In this document: piece after piece, positions 36,240-46,871 of the stretch | Layout of the letters: the number at the start of each line of letters is the position of its first letter | Position numbering within the stretch: position 1 is the stretch's first letter | From: a virus | Taxonomy: Duplodnaviria > Caudoviricetes | IMG/VR virus record: IMGVR_UViG_3300043432_000083 | Location: 1 to 64,000 of that record | DNA length: 64,000 nt | Strand: one strand, 5' to 3' | Program-made: the position numbers and the translations under genes | Notes under the pieces: model-generated | Database searches by the model: none | What the model was told of the DNA's origin: nothing | What the model saw: only the letters and a program-made list of their open reading frames with translations

Positions 36240-36733
36240 TAGCTGTCCGCGTCCTGGTCGTCTTGCGCCTGGTCAATTCGGTTCGGCGAAACGCGCTGGT
36301 CGATGGCGTCCAAGATATTCATCGTTGGCGCGTACTGTTTAGTGCTGCTCCAGAATTGCAAGCTCTTTGGTGTCGTCTTGGAAAGGATTGTCCCCGAACT
36401 TGTGACGATGTCCGCTTCTCCGTCGAGCAAGGCTTTCAGCAAGGCATCATATCGGTCATTATATTGCTTGCACCACTGACTCACGCTCGGATCTTCCATA
36501 CTGATCTTCGAGGCGATGATGTCGGCTGCTGTCCCGAGCTTCGTCAAAGTCTTGAGCATTGGCGGCGCGCTCCCGGAGAACTGCGCCGTGTTCCAATACC
36601 GTCCGATGCGAGAATCGATTTCATCCTCTCGTGTCTCGATGAAGAATTCCACTTCGCCCGGCGTCATGCCTGCGGTGCTGATCAACGCGGGCAAAATGCT
36701 TTGCACCTGTCCTGCATCAACATAGCGTCCCAT
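36239..36733 (-). CDS. Head-tail adaptor
   Basis: MGRYV..EIDSRIGRYW..PPMLK. Confidence 0.75.
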   Translation of the reverse strand: MGRYVDAGQVQSILPALISTAGMTPGEVEFFIETREDEIDSRIGRYWNTAQFSGSAPPMLKTLTKLGTAADIIASKISMEDPSVSQWCKQYNDRYDALLKALLDGEADIVTSSGTILSKTTPKSLQFWSSTKQYAPTMNILDAIDQRVSPNRIDQAQDDQDADS

Positions 36734-37057
36734 TTATTGCGTCCTCCCCTGCTCAAATGGCAAGGTCTTCGTCACCTCAAACACCTGCCTGGTGATGAAT
36801 GGCGACCGACTGTTGGCATGGGTCGATTGTATCGCCGTCCATTCCTGCATCAAGTGACAAGGATATTTGCCGAACGAATCTGGAATAGTGACATAGACAT
36901 ACCAGTTGCCGGTCCCAGAGGTCACTGCCGCAAGGCTGGCTACCAGGGTTTCCGATGCTGTTTTGATCGCCAAACTGAGTGACAAAGGGTCAGTCGCGGC
37001 TGACCATGTGAATTGCTTGGTATCCCCAACTTCAACTCGTATATAAGGCGCTGCCAT
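36734..37057 (-). CDS. Structural protein (Ig/BppU-like)
   Basis: VGDT..SGTGNWYVYVTIP; SD AAGGA. Confidence 0.55.
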   Translation of the reverse strand: MAAPYIRVEVGDTKQFTWSAATDPLSLSLAIKTASETLVASLAAVTSGTGNWYVYVTIPDSFGKYPCHLMQEWTAIQSTHANSRSPFITRQVFEVTKTLPFEQGRTQ

Positions 37058-37065
37058 GCTGTCCT

Positions 37066-37593
37066 TTACAGACTTCCGACGCTGATGATGACTTGGACCG
37101 CCGCGATGTCGCTGTTCTGGAGGGTGAACGTCGCCGCCAATGGAGCGCGATTCAGCATGATCCCAGCCCCACTGCCCGCAGCATTCCACACGCCAGCCTC
37201 GCCAATCACCACGTTGACCAAAGAGTCTGTTCCGCCACCAAAGGTCGAGACGGCACTCCACGAATTATTAGTCGTCACCGATACCGCAGAAAACGTGAGG
37301 CGCTTGACTTCGCCAGCAAGGTTGGTCTGGTTGACGGAACCTACTGTCGTTGCTGTACCGACTGCGATGTAGGCCATTTGAGAATTTGCACCGACCCCAT
37401 AACTGGAAATCCATCGAGCCATCATCGACAAGCCGGTCTGTACGACCACGTTGTCGGCGCGATACTGTTCAGTAGTTCCGAAGTTCGAGAATCCTGGAGT
37501 TCGACGTTCCACGTTGATTAGATACGTCCCCTTCATAGGGAATCCAACGAGAGGAGAATTCGATACGGCTGTCTGCAACGGGGTCTTTGCCAT
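37066..37593 (-). CDS. Collar/fibre-base structural protein, paralog B
   Basis: NVVVQTG..YIAVGT..LAGEVKRL..IGEAGVWN..GIMLNR. Confidence 0.75.
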   Translation of the reverse strand: MAKTPLQTAVSNSPLVGFPMKGTYLINVERRTPGFSNFGTTEQYRADNVVVQTGLSMMARWISSYGVGANSQMAYIAVGTATTVGSVNQTNLAGEVKRLTFSAVSVTTNNSWSAVSTFGGGTDSLVNVVIGEAGVWNAAGSGAGIMLNRAPLAATFTLQNSDIAAVQVIISVGSL

Positions 37594-37659
37594 GAGGATC
37601 GGTCCTTATGTCCGACTAAGCGGCACAATTAACCATGTTACACAATACGTTGTCGTTTA

Positions 37660-39711
37660 TCATTCAATGCTACTTTTGCCCCCCCCAACGGCTATAACGC
37701 CGCGTCCAGCATGACTTTGTCCTATATGGGCGGACTGTCCCATATCGGCCTTGATATGTCCAGTCGTTACTATACCACCTTGCGACCCTGGACGCACAAT
37801 CGACACAGTCCATGAATCGGCAACCGCCCCAGATTCCCCACGCTCGCGTTGGCTGATAGTGAGAGCATCCAGTCGGTCGATGAGTGACATCAGTTCTGTC
37901 AAGACACGATGGTAATCATCCTGCCCAATATTTGCAATTGTGCTGTCTTGCGCCAGTACCTGATCGAGCAGACTTCGGAGTACGGACGCCGCACTGCGAG
38001 CCGTATCTGCCGTGAATGCCTGCTCAGGCAATGTTCGGCTCAGCGATAGGATGCTTGGCAGCAAATCTCCTGCAAGGGATGTCTCAGTGATGTCACGCCG
38101 GATATGCAGGACAGAGGCTGGTTGACTTCCCAGCGTAAACTGATCGAAGGTCTCGCGTGACTGTGTAACAGATCGGTGGGCATGATCCCACCCAAGCACC
38201 TCATCAAGCAACGCTCGGAAGGATATGAGGGTGTGCTGTTCTTTATCATCTGTTGGGATTGCATCCAATACAACTTTCAGATAAGTAAGCTGTGCGGTCA
38301 GAAGCCAGACGTCTGGCACATGAACACGCTCAACAACTATCCGGGATAACGCAGACAGCGACTGAATTACATCCATCGCAGATGTGTCGTCAGCAATCTC
38401 GCGGTATCGTGTTGTAATTTGGGAGGTTAAGTCTGCCCATGCCGACGACTCGCAGAGAAGTCTTACGAGAGTCGTCGATGCCTTGAATACTTCCGACGCT
38501 TCGCAGGCGTCTATCCAGTCTCGCAGGATGACCGTCTGTTGTGATGTGGCATCAATACCCTGTAACCCATCAAGCAATGCGCGTAAATGAACAACTGCCG
38601 CTGCCGACAGTACCGCATCATTCGCCGCTAACCCATCTAGCTGCGTTCTAGCCATCGCCGCATATCGTGCGATCACATCACCATACTGCATCACTTCTTG
38701 AAGTGTGCGGCTCATATGCAGTGAACGGCTCGGATCGTCTGCTGCAAGCATGCCCTCAATGAGATTTCGCGTCGCGCCTACGGTTCGATTATCGCTGTCC
38801 TGGGTGCGGAACATCTCCGACACATCGCGCATGACCGATTGAGACACTGGAAGATTGTCCAACAGCGCGAAACCCTCATTGTACGTTCGATTAATAGACA
38901 ACAGAGTATTGAGAACTTCCGTGTGTATCATCGAATCGAGAATCATTCGAGAGTAGGTCTGTGATAATTCTGGAACATAAACCGATGCGCTGAAGGTATC
39001 TGCCGCATTGCCCGCGACATCCGACAACTGGCGAATAGCCCATACTTGCGCCGAAACGTCGTCTTGCATGACTGGCACATTCGCAAGTGCGGTATCGAGT
39101 AATGCTCCAAACTGCGCCGTGATGATCGACGCGGAGGTGCCAGTCGAGATCAATGCATTGCGGTTGACGTTCCCCCAAGCGGTCGAGATCGCCCAGGCCA
39201 TCTGGACGAAGAGATATTCGCTGTTCGCCGTAAATTGGCCAGGACTGAATGAGAGGGTGGTCAATCGCCCAGAGGTTGTCGTGCTTAAATCTCTTAGAGT
39301 CGAGCATTGCACATTCGTCGTGATCTCTGTCGCGGACGACCCATTTTGGTTGGGGCTGCGATAGAGCCTGACGCGCATATAGCCGCGCCCGGTGGTATCG
39401 GCACTGGTGTCACCGATCAGGAAGGCAAACGACCAGGCTTGGTTTCCAAATGTCCCATAGTAGGCGCTTTGCGTCCTGAAGGCATCTCTAGTCCCAAGCG
39501 TTCCAGCGTTCGGCAACAGTCCGTTAGATGTGAAGCTACCCGTAGGAGCTGTTTGCAATGCACCGAGTAACGCAGACTTCGAGGCGGCCTGTGTCCCATG
39601 CGTCCAGCCGGTCCCGGTCTTGAGACTGGCAGGGGCTGTAGCCGTCAGCATCATATGGCTGCTGACGCCTGCGACGGTATTTTGAAAATACAGTTGGATT
39701 GTTGAGGCCAT
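37660..39711 (-). CDS. Fibre-like structural protein: S/T-rich N-terminal domain plus ~19-residue Asp-periodic repeats
   Basis: Repeated R-x-L-x-[DE]-x5-D units over ~450 aa. Confidence 0.65.
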   Translation of the reverse strand: MASTIQLYFQNTVAGVSSHMMLTATAPASLKTGTGWTHGTQAASKSALLGALQTAPTGSFTSNGLLPNAGTLGTRDAFRTQSAYYGTFGNQAWSFAFLIGDTSADTTGRGYMRVRLYRSPNQNGSSATEITTNVQCSTLRDLSTTTSGRLTTLSFSPGQFTANSEYLFVQMAWAISTAWGNVNRNALISTGTSASIITAQFGALLDTALANVPVMQDDVSAQVWAIRQLSDVAGNAADTFSASVYVPELSQTYSRMILDSMIHTEVLNTLLSINRTYNEGFALLDNLPVSQSVMRDVSEMFRTQDSDNRTVGATRNLIEGMLAADDPSRSLHMSRTLQEVMQYGDVIARYAAMARTQLDGLAANDAVLSAAAVVHLRALLDGLQGIDATSQQTVILRDWIDACEASEVFKASTTLVRLLCESSAWADLTSQITTRYREIADDTSAMDVIQSLSALSRIVVERVHVPDVWLLTAQLTYLKVVLDAIPTDDKEQHTLISFRALLDEVLGWDHAHRSVTQSRETFDQFTLGSQPASVLHIRRDITETSLAGDLLPSILSLSRTLPEQAFTADTARSAASVLRSLLDQVLAQDSTIANIGQDDYHRVLTELMSLIDRLDALTISQRERGESGAVADSWTVSIVRPGSQGGIVTTGHIKADMGQSAHIGQSHAGRGVIAVGGGKSSIE

Positions 39712-39714
39712 TGC

Positions 39715-42700
39715 CTAGATGTACTCCTCGTCCCAGATTACAGCCAAATCTCTGACACCACCCATCACCAAGGTCTCCAAATCTTTCTTGTCAGCCATTC
39801 GCCCAGTGTAGACGATCTCCCGTGGCTGGCCATCTACACCGCCCACCTTCAAGACGATTTGCACCTCAAACCCGCGACGGAGGACTTGCAAGGCTTCGTT
39901 GTAGTATTGCAATCCATCTGTGGCCATCTGATGTGTCGCGCCCAGGAAATCCTTGCGATATGCCTCAATCGCAGTCTCCAGATACTGAATAGCCGATGGT
40001 GTCAAAGCTCCTTGATTCCGCTCCGACTCGTATCGAGCCAAATGAATCCAGTCACGGATCATCAGGAATTTGCCGAGGATACGGTCTGGATACTGGGCTC
40101 GATCACGGAACATGAGTTGGATATTCCGGTCGAAGCGACCGCGCCGCCCGGTCTCCGTGAGGTAGCCGTCATGGGCGATATGGACATCAGACAGGACGAT
40201 ACTCTGGCCGACGGAGTGGTTCAGGGCTAATTCTGGATGCTCATGCACAAACCCGTAGCACCTGATTCCCGTTTCCTTCCCATTCAACCATATTCGTCGG
40301 AAGAATCGCACTGGCAAGTCCGGCTTAAAAGCATTCGCTGGCACTGCACTGAAATGATGTTGCTGAATCGCAAAACCGTTATAGATCGACCATCGAAGAT
40401 ATTTCGGCAAGTTCTGAGCGTCAAGAAGCTCCTCGTCTGCGTCGATCCAATGAATAAAATCTCCGGTCGCTCGCTGCCATCCTCGGTTTCGCACAGCATC
40501 AAATCCAACTTGCAATGGATTCTGTCCCTGCCCAGGCTCAATACCAAACCGTCGCAGTATTTCCGGCGTCGTATCAGTTGAGCCGGTATCATCAACGATG
40601 ATCTCGTCACAATAGGGAGCAATCGACTTCAGGCACCGCGTCAGCAAGGATTCCCCATTCTTGACGATCATCGCTCCAGTGAGGCTGAGTTGTGGCGATT
40701 GAAGCCACTTGCGACGTTCCAAGTTGAGCGTGCTGACAGGCATCAAGGCTTTCTTTGTATAGCAATTCAACAGCCACGCCAGGGGTCGGTTGTCGTATTT
40801 CGACAAGGCCCCACCTTCGACAATCATCGCCAACAAGTCAGACTTGCCACCCAACATTTCCTTGACATCATGGCCGTCAAAGACCCATCGGCGCTTTCGT
40901 GGCTCGCCTCGATGGAGTCTGTCTTGCTGAACCCCAGGACAGGCCGTTACGAAGCAGATATGGCCGCCATCATTCGTCAGATATTCAGCATCCTTGATAT
41001 GCTTGAGTGGATCGATTGAGCAATCAAGGCTTTCAACGCCAACCACGAAATCCGCCTTGCCATCCCGCACCGACTCTGTGCTAAGCATCTGTGCAAGATG
41101 GTCCGCGATTATATCGCCATTCGCGCCAACGCCCCTGATGGTCTTTGGTTTGTATTGTGCCGCAACATTTGCCACGGCATGATAGAGATGGTCGGTTGGC
41201 AGCCGTGGAGCATCCTGCTCCATACGCTCGACTTCATCTTTATGACGGAATGCGGTTGTTTGTTCAGGCGTCAAGTCTGGTAATATCTTTTCAACGCCGT
41301 TGACATCGCCCAATCGCCACCAGTGCCTGACCAGCCTGAGTTTGTCCTTCGACCGTAGCTCGATAGCCCCAAGCAGGAAGTGCTCCCAATCTTCCGCTGC
41401 TCCTGACCAATCGTAGTGCTCGGCCCCATTCCGGCCAGCGTCTGACATACGCTTGTTCAGTAGATCATCGCTGATGACGTCCCAGGCGGCGTCAACGAAT
41501 CGATTGACGAAGTCCGGCGTGGCAGACTTGCTAGGATGCTCAACTAATCTAGCGAATCCATCAGCAAGACTGGTCGTCTCTGGCAAGGCTCCGAGGGTGG
41601 ATGCGACCACCGGAAGTCCGCAGGCAGCAGCTTCCATCGTAGTCAAGCACGAGACTTCCTCGAAATTGTTAGATGGGTATAGAAGCACCCTCGCCCTCGA
41701 ATACAAGCCATACAATTCAGACTTCTTCAACGCCCCAAGCCATTTTGCTCTTGGTCCCAGGTTCGCCATAAGCTGCTGACAATGCTGGTAAAATGGGGCG
41801 AGCGATTCGACGGTATTATTGTAAGCGGCCACATATAGCGTCAGGTTCGGATTGCGCTCCAAGAGTTTCGGGAACACCTGGGACAACAACACATCCAGTC
41901 CTCGTTCAGGACGGGAGGCATAGACGATGGCATTTTTGTCCTTCTGGCCACGCTTATCTATCGACTTCCTCACGAAATCCAAATCAATCCCGTTCCGCAT
42001 TGGGGCCATGATCTCCGGTGGTAGATCGTAGACCTTGCAGAGTTGTCTCGCGTGCCAGTTCGAGACTGGGACAATATAGTCCACGTTCCATAGGCTTGAC
42101 CGGAACGGCACATGGAACCGTTTCAACCCAAGGTCATGGCACCACAAGATATTCAGCTTGCTCTGCAACGCCAGATTGAACCCGGTCGGCTCCCGCTGGA
42201 TGATACTGATGTCGTGTGGGGTCGAGCTTGCATAACGGACATAGTCTCCAATAGGCAAGTAGGTCACGCCATCGAATTTCCCTGGCTGTCCTGGTAGATT
42301 CGAGAACACAGTAACACTGTGGCCCCGCTTCGCCAAAGCTCTGCATAGTCCAATCGCTGCTGACTCTGAACCGCCAAGGTCCTTCGTCCGATCTGTCTGT
42401 CCATCAAATGGCATCCCGGCGACCGCCATCAAGATTGACAGCTCCTTCACCGGAGGCGTCGAGGTGCAGGATGGCACCGGGAAACGGTCAGGGAGCGGTT
42501 GGGCTTCGATGATTGGCGCGGTCGCTGTCGGTGCAGTTGCTTTATCAGTGTTGATCTTGCCACCGCACACGTCCCAGAGATAGCTCGCCATATCAGCCCA
42601 TGATGTTCCTGCGCTACCTGTCGAGCCTTCAACATCGTATGGCCGTTCCTTGAGCACGCGGACCAATTCAGCGGGGAATCGTTCATGGCCACACTTCACG

Positions 42701-44421
42701 CCATGCTTGACGGTTTCACTAAGCACCATCGTCGGGACTACCACCGGATAGCATCCAGACCATTGCGCCTCCAGCGCCGTCTTGCAGCATAGCTCTCCGC
42801 CCGTGCAAGGATAGGCCCAGACTTCAGCTTCCGCAAATTCTTTCAGTGCATCAGTATGGGCAATGCGGCCAAGGTGAACGACGCCGGGCTGCTGCAACAT
42901 CTGCTCAATCCTGCCGCGCTCACGTTGCATGCTCTCCCGAACAGGAGCCGCAACGACGGCTTCAGACCGTTTCCAGAAATCCCAGCCATAGGTGACATGC
43001 AGTTCGGCATCAGGAACTTGTGCCTTCACGTTCGGCCACATCTCTAGGAGTTGTGCCAAGCCACGGTCATAGGAGGACGCATACAGCACCCGGTTCCTAA
43101 CTTTTGGATGGGCAGCAACAGCTTCAGCGATCTTCTCTGTATCTACACCAAGCCAGTGTTGATAGGTCTTGGTCGGATTAACCCACGGACAGGCTTTAAG
43201 AAGTTCCTGCCGATGGTACTCACTGATACAGAGGACCGCATCGAGGCTGTCCATCAACTTCGGCGGCAAGAAGGTGGCCGCTTGTCCAGGAGCAGGAAGA
43301 TCGGTGGTCCAGAAGACCTTCGTCGCTGCTGGGATATGCACCATATCCAATGATTTGAACAGGATCAGTACGTCCCGGTCGGCCTTTGGATTCTGATCGC
43401 GGCCAAGGTAGGTCACGCCGCCGATTTCTAGGCCGTTATCCGGGCCGTTCTTATAGACTGTGACCTCATGACCCTGTATAGCCCAGGCTTCAGCGACCTT
43501 GACGACCATCTCCTCGGACCCGCCAAGGCTCTCAGGCTGAAGCGGCGTCCATCCACCAGTGACATGACCACAATGGATGCTCACGGTGGCCCGTCGGAAG
43601 CTGATCGTCCGGTTCGCGTAGGACTGGCCCTGATCCTGTTCCTCGATCAATTCGTGATCGACCACCTTGTGCAATCCAGCCTGCTTCGCCAAGTCAATCA
43701 GGTCTTGCTCGCTGAAGACGCGCAGATGCTCTCTGGCATCCTCTAGCTTGCCGTGATGCGGGATTGGGGTTGCTGGAACGCTGATGTACAGGATGCCGCC
43801 TGGGGCGAGGTGCTTGGTTGCTGTCTTGAGACAGGTTAGAGGATCAAGGACATGCTCCAAGACTTCGGAGATGAGGACTGCGTCGAATTTCGGAAACATT
43901 GCGACAGAGCCGTCTCGCTGTGTCCATTGCTGCAACTCAAATTCTTCAATGGGACACTGGACGAATGTGAGATCGAACCCCCACTTGTTTGCTCGTTCCT
44001 CAGCAACATCAACGGCTTTGGTACACAAATCGACCCCGACACCCTTGATCCCGCTCGCCGCCAAATTGAGCAGCTGCCACCCGTCCAAACATCCCAAGTC
44101 CAAGACCGTCTGATGCTTCCGCTCCAGGATCAGTTCACGAATCTTGGCGAACCGTTTCACTTGTTCATGGCGTCGGAAGATTTGATCCTCTGGACAGACC
44201 CCACCTCGCATCGTCCTGTAATACTCCTGATAGGCTTCAGGAGAGTTTATGTGTGCCGTCAAGGATTCGATTTCTTGGCGAACAGGATCGCTTGTTGGCA
44301 GAATTGATACGCCAAGCCGCGCCTTTATCGCCTGATCCCGCTCGATCAGTCCTTTCGGATCGTTCATCACTTCTTTATAATCTGTCAATTGCTCTGGGTC
44401 CGTCATTGAGTTTTCAGTCAC
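39715..44421 (-). CDS. Giant multidomain glycosyltransferase: SAM-MTase, GT4, GT4, degenerate MTase, GT2
   Basis: VLDLGCLDG/EVLEHV; two LGGSE..YAS(S/R)..RGL..YP..E..EA units; AMIVKNG..DTGSTD..WIDADE; GTG start overlapping the upstream TGA. Confidence 0.9.
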   Translation of the reverse strand: MTENSMTDPEQLTDYKEVMNDPKGLIERDQAIKARLGVSILPTSDPVRQEIESLTAHINSPEAYQEYYRTMRGGVCPEDQIFRRHEQVKRFAKIRELILERKHQTVLDLGCLDGWQLLNLAASGIKGVGVDLCTKAVDVAEERANKWGFDLTFVQCPIEEFELQQWTQRDGSVAMFPKFDAVLISEVLEHVLDPLTCLKTATKHLAPGGILYISVPATPIPHHGKLEDAREHLRVFSEQDLIDLAKQAGLHKVVDHELIEEQDQGQSYANRTISFRRATVSIHCGHVTGGWTPLQPESLGGSEEMVVKVAEAWAIQGHEVTVYKNGPDNGLEIGGVTYLGRDQNPKADRDVLILFKSLDMVHIPAATKVFWTTDLPAPGQAATFLPPKLMDSLDAVLCISEYHRQELLKACPWVNPTKTYQHWLGVDTEKIAEAVAAHPKVRNRVLYASSYDRGLAQLLEMWPNVKAQVPDAELHVTYGWDFWKRSEAVVAAPVRESMQRERGRIEQMLQQPGVVHLGRIAHTDALKEFAEAEVWAYPCTGGELCCKTALEAQWSGCYPVVVPTMVLSETVKHGVKCGHERFPAELVRVLKERPYDVEGSTGSAGTSWADMASYLWDVCGGKINTDKATAPTATAPIIEAQPLPDRFPVPSCTSTPPVKELSILMAVAGMPFDGQTDRTKDLGGSESAAIGLCRALAKRGHSVTVFSNLPGQPGKFDGVTYLPIGDYVRYASSTPHDISIIQREPTGFNLALQSKLNILWCHDLGLKRFHVPFRSSLWNVDYIVPVSNWHARQLCKVYDLPPEIMAPMRNGIDLDFVRKSIDKRGQKDKNAIVYASRPERGLDVLLSQVFPKLLERNPNLTLYVAAYNNTVESLAPFYQHCQQLMANLGPRAKWLGALKKSELYGLYSRARVLLYPSNNFEEVSCLTTMEAAACGLPVVASTLGALPETTSLADGFARLVEHPSKSATPDFVNRFVDAAWDVISDDLLNKRMSDAGRNGAEHYDWSGAAEDWEHFLLGAIELRSKDKLRLVRHWWRLGDVNGVEKILPDLTPEQTTAFRHKDEVERMEQDAPRLPTDHLYHAVANVAAQYKPKTIRGVGANGDIIADHLAQMLSTESVRDGKADFVVGVESLDCSIDPLKHIKDAEYLTNDGGHICFVTACPGVQQDRLHRGEPRKRRWVFDGHDVKEMLGGKSDLLAMIVEGGALSKYDNRPLAWLLNCYTKKALMPVSTLNLERRKWLQSPQLSLTGAMIVKNGESLLTRCLKSIAPYCDEIIVDDTGSTDTTPEILRRFGIEPGQGQNPLQVGFDAVRNRGWQRATGDFIHWIDADEELLDAQNLPKYLRWSIYNGFAIQQHHFSAVPANAFKPDLPVRFFRRIWLNGKETGIRCYGFVHEHPELALNHSVGQSIVLSDVHIAHDGYLTETGRRGRFDRNIQLMFRDRAQYPDRILGKFLMIRDWIHLARYESERNQGALTPSAIQYLETAIEAYRKDFLGATHQMATDGLQYYNEALQVLRRGFEVQIVLKVGGVDGQPREIVYTGRMADKKDLETLVMGGVRDLAVIWDEEYI

Positions 44422-45248
44422 TTGGACACCTCCTGCATCATGCGGTGAGTGGTTTGATTCTGCGATATTACCGTATTCGCCCAATACCGTTCCTTCATCA
44501 TGTTGTACACGATCTGATCTGGTCGATGATGATTCACCATCACGTCTGGTCGATGTTTCCACTTCTCCGCGAACCGCTCCCAGTCCTGGATTTCAATGTC
44601 GGTGTCTTGGCTGGCAGTGTGATCCGCTCGGCGACTACGCTTATCAAGGTGCAAACATCTCGCGGCATCCGTTACGCCGTATTGCAGACCAGCATCACGG
44701 ACTCGCTGTGCATAATCTGTGTCTCCATAACAGACATACATTCCTGAGTCGAAGTAGCCGACCTTCTCGATGCACTCTCTGGTCATCAGGAATGCGGCTC
44801 CGTTGTAGGTTGAATAATCGACCTTCTCCGCTGGCTCAGGCTCCTCATACAGTTTCCACAGATCGTCGAATTGGTCGCTGACGACTCTAGGTCCAAGGAA
44901 CGCGCAACCCGAATCGTCCTGAATCGCATCTAACAACGCCAAGGCGTCAGGGGCCAGCAGGATATCTGAGGTCAAGATGAATATCTTCTCCGATTGTCCA
45001 GCCAATACCAGCCCCCGGTTCAGCGAGGTCCAGACGCCAAGATTCTTCTCATGCCGGATGACCCGCGCCCCACGTCGCATGGCGTCAGCGAAGACCGCAT
45101 CCATCCCTGGCGCCGTTGAGCAGTTGTCCAGCAAGACGACGGACGACACCAGCTTGTCATGATGGGCGTTCGCCCAGTAATGGGCCAGCGTCGCCGCGAG
45201 GATAGCAGGAGCGTTCCTGCACGGTATCACCACGGACACCCTACTCAT
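44418..45248 (-). CDS. Glycosyltransferase family 2
   Basis: VSVVIPCRN..LDNCS..NLG..NRGL..VGYFD..YGDTDY. Confidence 0.88.
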   Translation of the reverse strand: MSRVSVVIPCRNAPAILAATLAHYWANAHHDKLVSSVVLLDNCSTAPGMDAVFADAMRRGARVIRHEKNLGVWTSLNRGLVLAGQSEKIFILTSDILLAPDALALLDAIQDDSGCAFLGPRVVSDQFDDLWKLYEEPEPAEKVDYSTYNGAAFLMTRECIEKVGYFDSGMYVCYGDTDYAQRVRDAGLQYGVTDAARCLHLDKRSRRADHTASQDTDIEIQDWERFAEKWKHRPDVMVNHHRPDQIVYNMMKERYWANTVISQNQTTHRMMQEVSK

Positions 45249-45344
45249 GTCTCTTGTCCTTTTTCAACTGCTCCCACCGCTTCAAGCACTGCTCGCACAA
45301 GGGAGGAATGCCAAGGCATACCGGACAGACGGAACGAATATCGG

Positions 45345-46136
45345 TCAAGGCTTCCACCCTTCCGCCAGCTTCACCTCAAATGCCTTGACCTGCTCCGGTG
45401 TGCCGAGACCATGAAACTCCTCAACTGGAATCGCCCGGATGTTGCGTTGGTGTCGTTGGGCATGGTTCGCAGATGGGGCCAGATAAAATTCCCCGTTGGT
45501 TCGGTCGTTCTTGACGACCATTGAGCAGATCGCAGTTACCAGATCACCGGTCCTCCGCCACCAATAAGCTCCACACGTCGCCATATCTGAGACCTGCTTC
45601 TTTTCCACGACCTGCACCACCATATCGGTCCCGTCTGTCACCACGTAGCTCCATTGAGGCCCGGTTCCAGGAAACGTCAAAATGAATCCATCAAGGTTAT
45701 CAACCATCGCCTTGTTGTGAATCGCTTCCAGATTGCACTTGATCCACTGATCGCTGTTGAGGATCAGCACAGGATCATTCGGGGGCAATCCCACCGCAGC
45801 CGCTAGGACAGACATGGCTGCACCTTGCGTCGGACCTGGGATGACACAGGTTCTGATGGATGGCCATTGGCCGCTATCATCAGTCCAAGACCAGTCCCAT
45901 AATTCGTCTTGCAACAATCGCCCATCGCTGTTATCTTTCACCACCGCAATAATTCCGTCTCGCCAAGCAGAGGGCACCACATCCAATACCCAGTCCAGCA
46001 TCCGCCGCCCGCCAACCGGGATCAGCGGCTTCGGCTCTTTGTAGCCTTGGTCTTTGAAGCGTTTGCCTTCGCCGCAACACGGGATGATGATGTGCGGGAT
46101 GCTGTCTTTTTCACGGGTGTTTTCGGCTCTGTCCAC
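45345..46136 (-). CDS. Sugar-phosphate nucleotidyltransferase
   Basis: IIIPCCGEGKRFKDQGYKEPKPLI..NSDQ..VEKKQVS..NGEFYLAP..GLGTPE. Confidence 0.88.
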   Translation of the reverse strand: MDRAENTREKDSIPHIIIPCCGEGKRFKDQGYKEPKPLIPVGGRRMLDWVLDVVPSAWRDGIIAVVKDNSDGRLLQDELWDWSWTDDSGQWPSIRTCVIPGPTQGAAMSVLAAAVGLPPNDPVLILNSDQWIKCNLEAIHNKAMVDNLDGFILTFPGTGPQWSYVVTDGTDMVVQVVEKKQVSDMATCGAYWWRRTGDLVTAICSMVVKNDRTNGEFYLAPSANHAQRHQRNIRAIPVEEFHGLGTPEQVKAFEVKLAEGWKP

Positions 46137-46181
46137 GATTGGGAACCCTCCTGTGTGAGATATTCGCCATAGTGCGTCACG

Positions 46182-46871
46182 TTATGCCACCACTGCTTGA
46201 GCTGGTGCATCCATGCCATGTTGTCGTGCTCCACCCGGCAATAACCTGCCGCGTCCAAGAATGCGATGGATCAACCACGGTTCGACTTCATGTGGTCCTG
46301 CGACTTCAATCAACCGGCATCCGGCCTGCCGAGCCGCTTGCTTGCCTGCGTCCCCATCTTCAATGACGGTCATCTGTTCCGGCTGAATATGCCAGATATG
46401 GGCGGCCTTCTGATACATTTGTGGAGAGGGCTTGGCGTGCAGCACATCCTCATTGCTGAGGTAGAAGTCCATAAAGTTAATAATCCCCATGTTCAGCAGC
46501 ACGGCCTGCACTGTGGCTCGAATGGAGTTCGAGCAACAACACATCTGCCAATTGGCATGCTTCAGCGTTAGCAGCAACGCGGTCACCTCCGGCCTCGGCT
46601 TCGTATCTGCCACCGCAATCAGTGTCGCTTCCTTCTTGCGGTGTTCAATGTCAGTTATAACAGCCAGGTTATTCGGTATCCTCCCTATCTGCACCAACAG
46701 ATCCACCTTGCGGCGCGTCGGCAGACCCTTAAAGGTGGACAAGTGTTCCTCCCAGGTGATCGGCGGACAGTATGGGATCAATGCGTGGTTGACCGCCTCA
46801 AAATGGGCGACATCACTATCCCAAATGCAATTGTCGAGATCGAGCGCCAAATATCCCGCTACATCACGCAT
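46182..46871 (-). CDS. HAD-family phosphatase
   Basis: DLDNCIWD (DxD); CSNS; KPSP; IEDGDAG. Confidence 0.88.
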   Translation of the reverse strand: MRDVAGYLALDLDNCIWDSDVAHFEAVNHALIPYCPPITWEEHLSTFKGLPTRRKVDLLVQIGRIPNNLAVITDIEHRKKEATLIAVADTKPRPEVTALLLTLKHANWQMCCCSNSIRATVQAVLLNMGIINFMDFYLSNEDVLHAKPSPQMYQKAAHIWHIQPEQMTVIEDGDAGKQAARQAGCRLIEVAGPHEVEPWLIHRILGRGRLLPGGARQHGMDAPAQAVVA

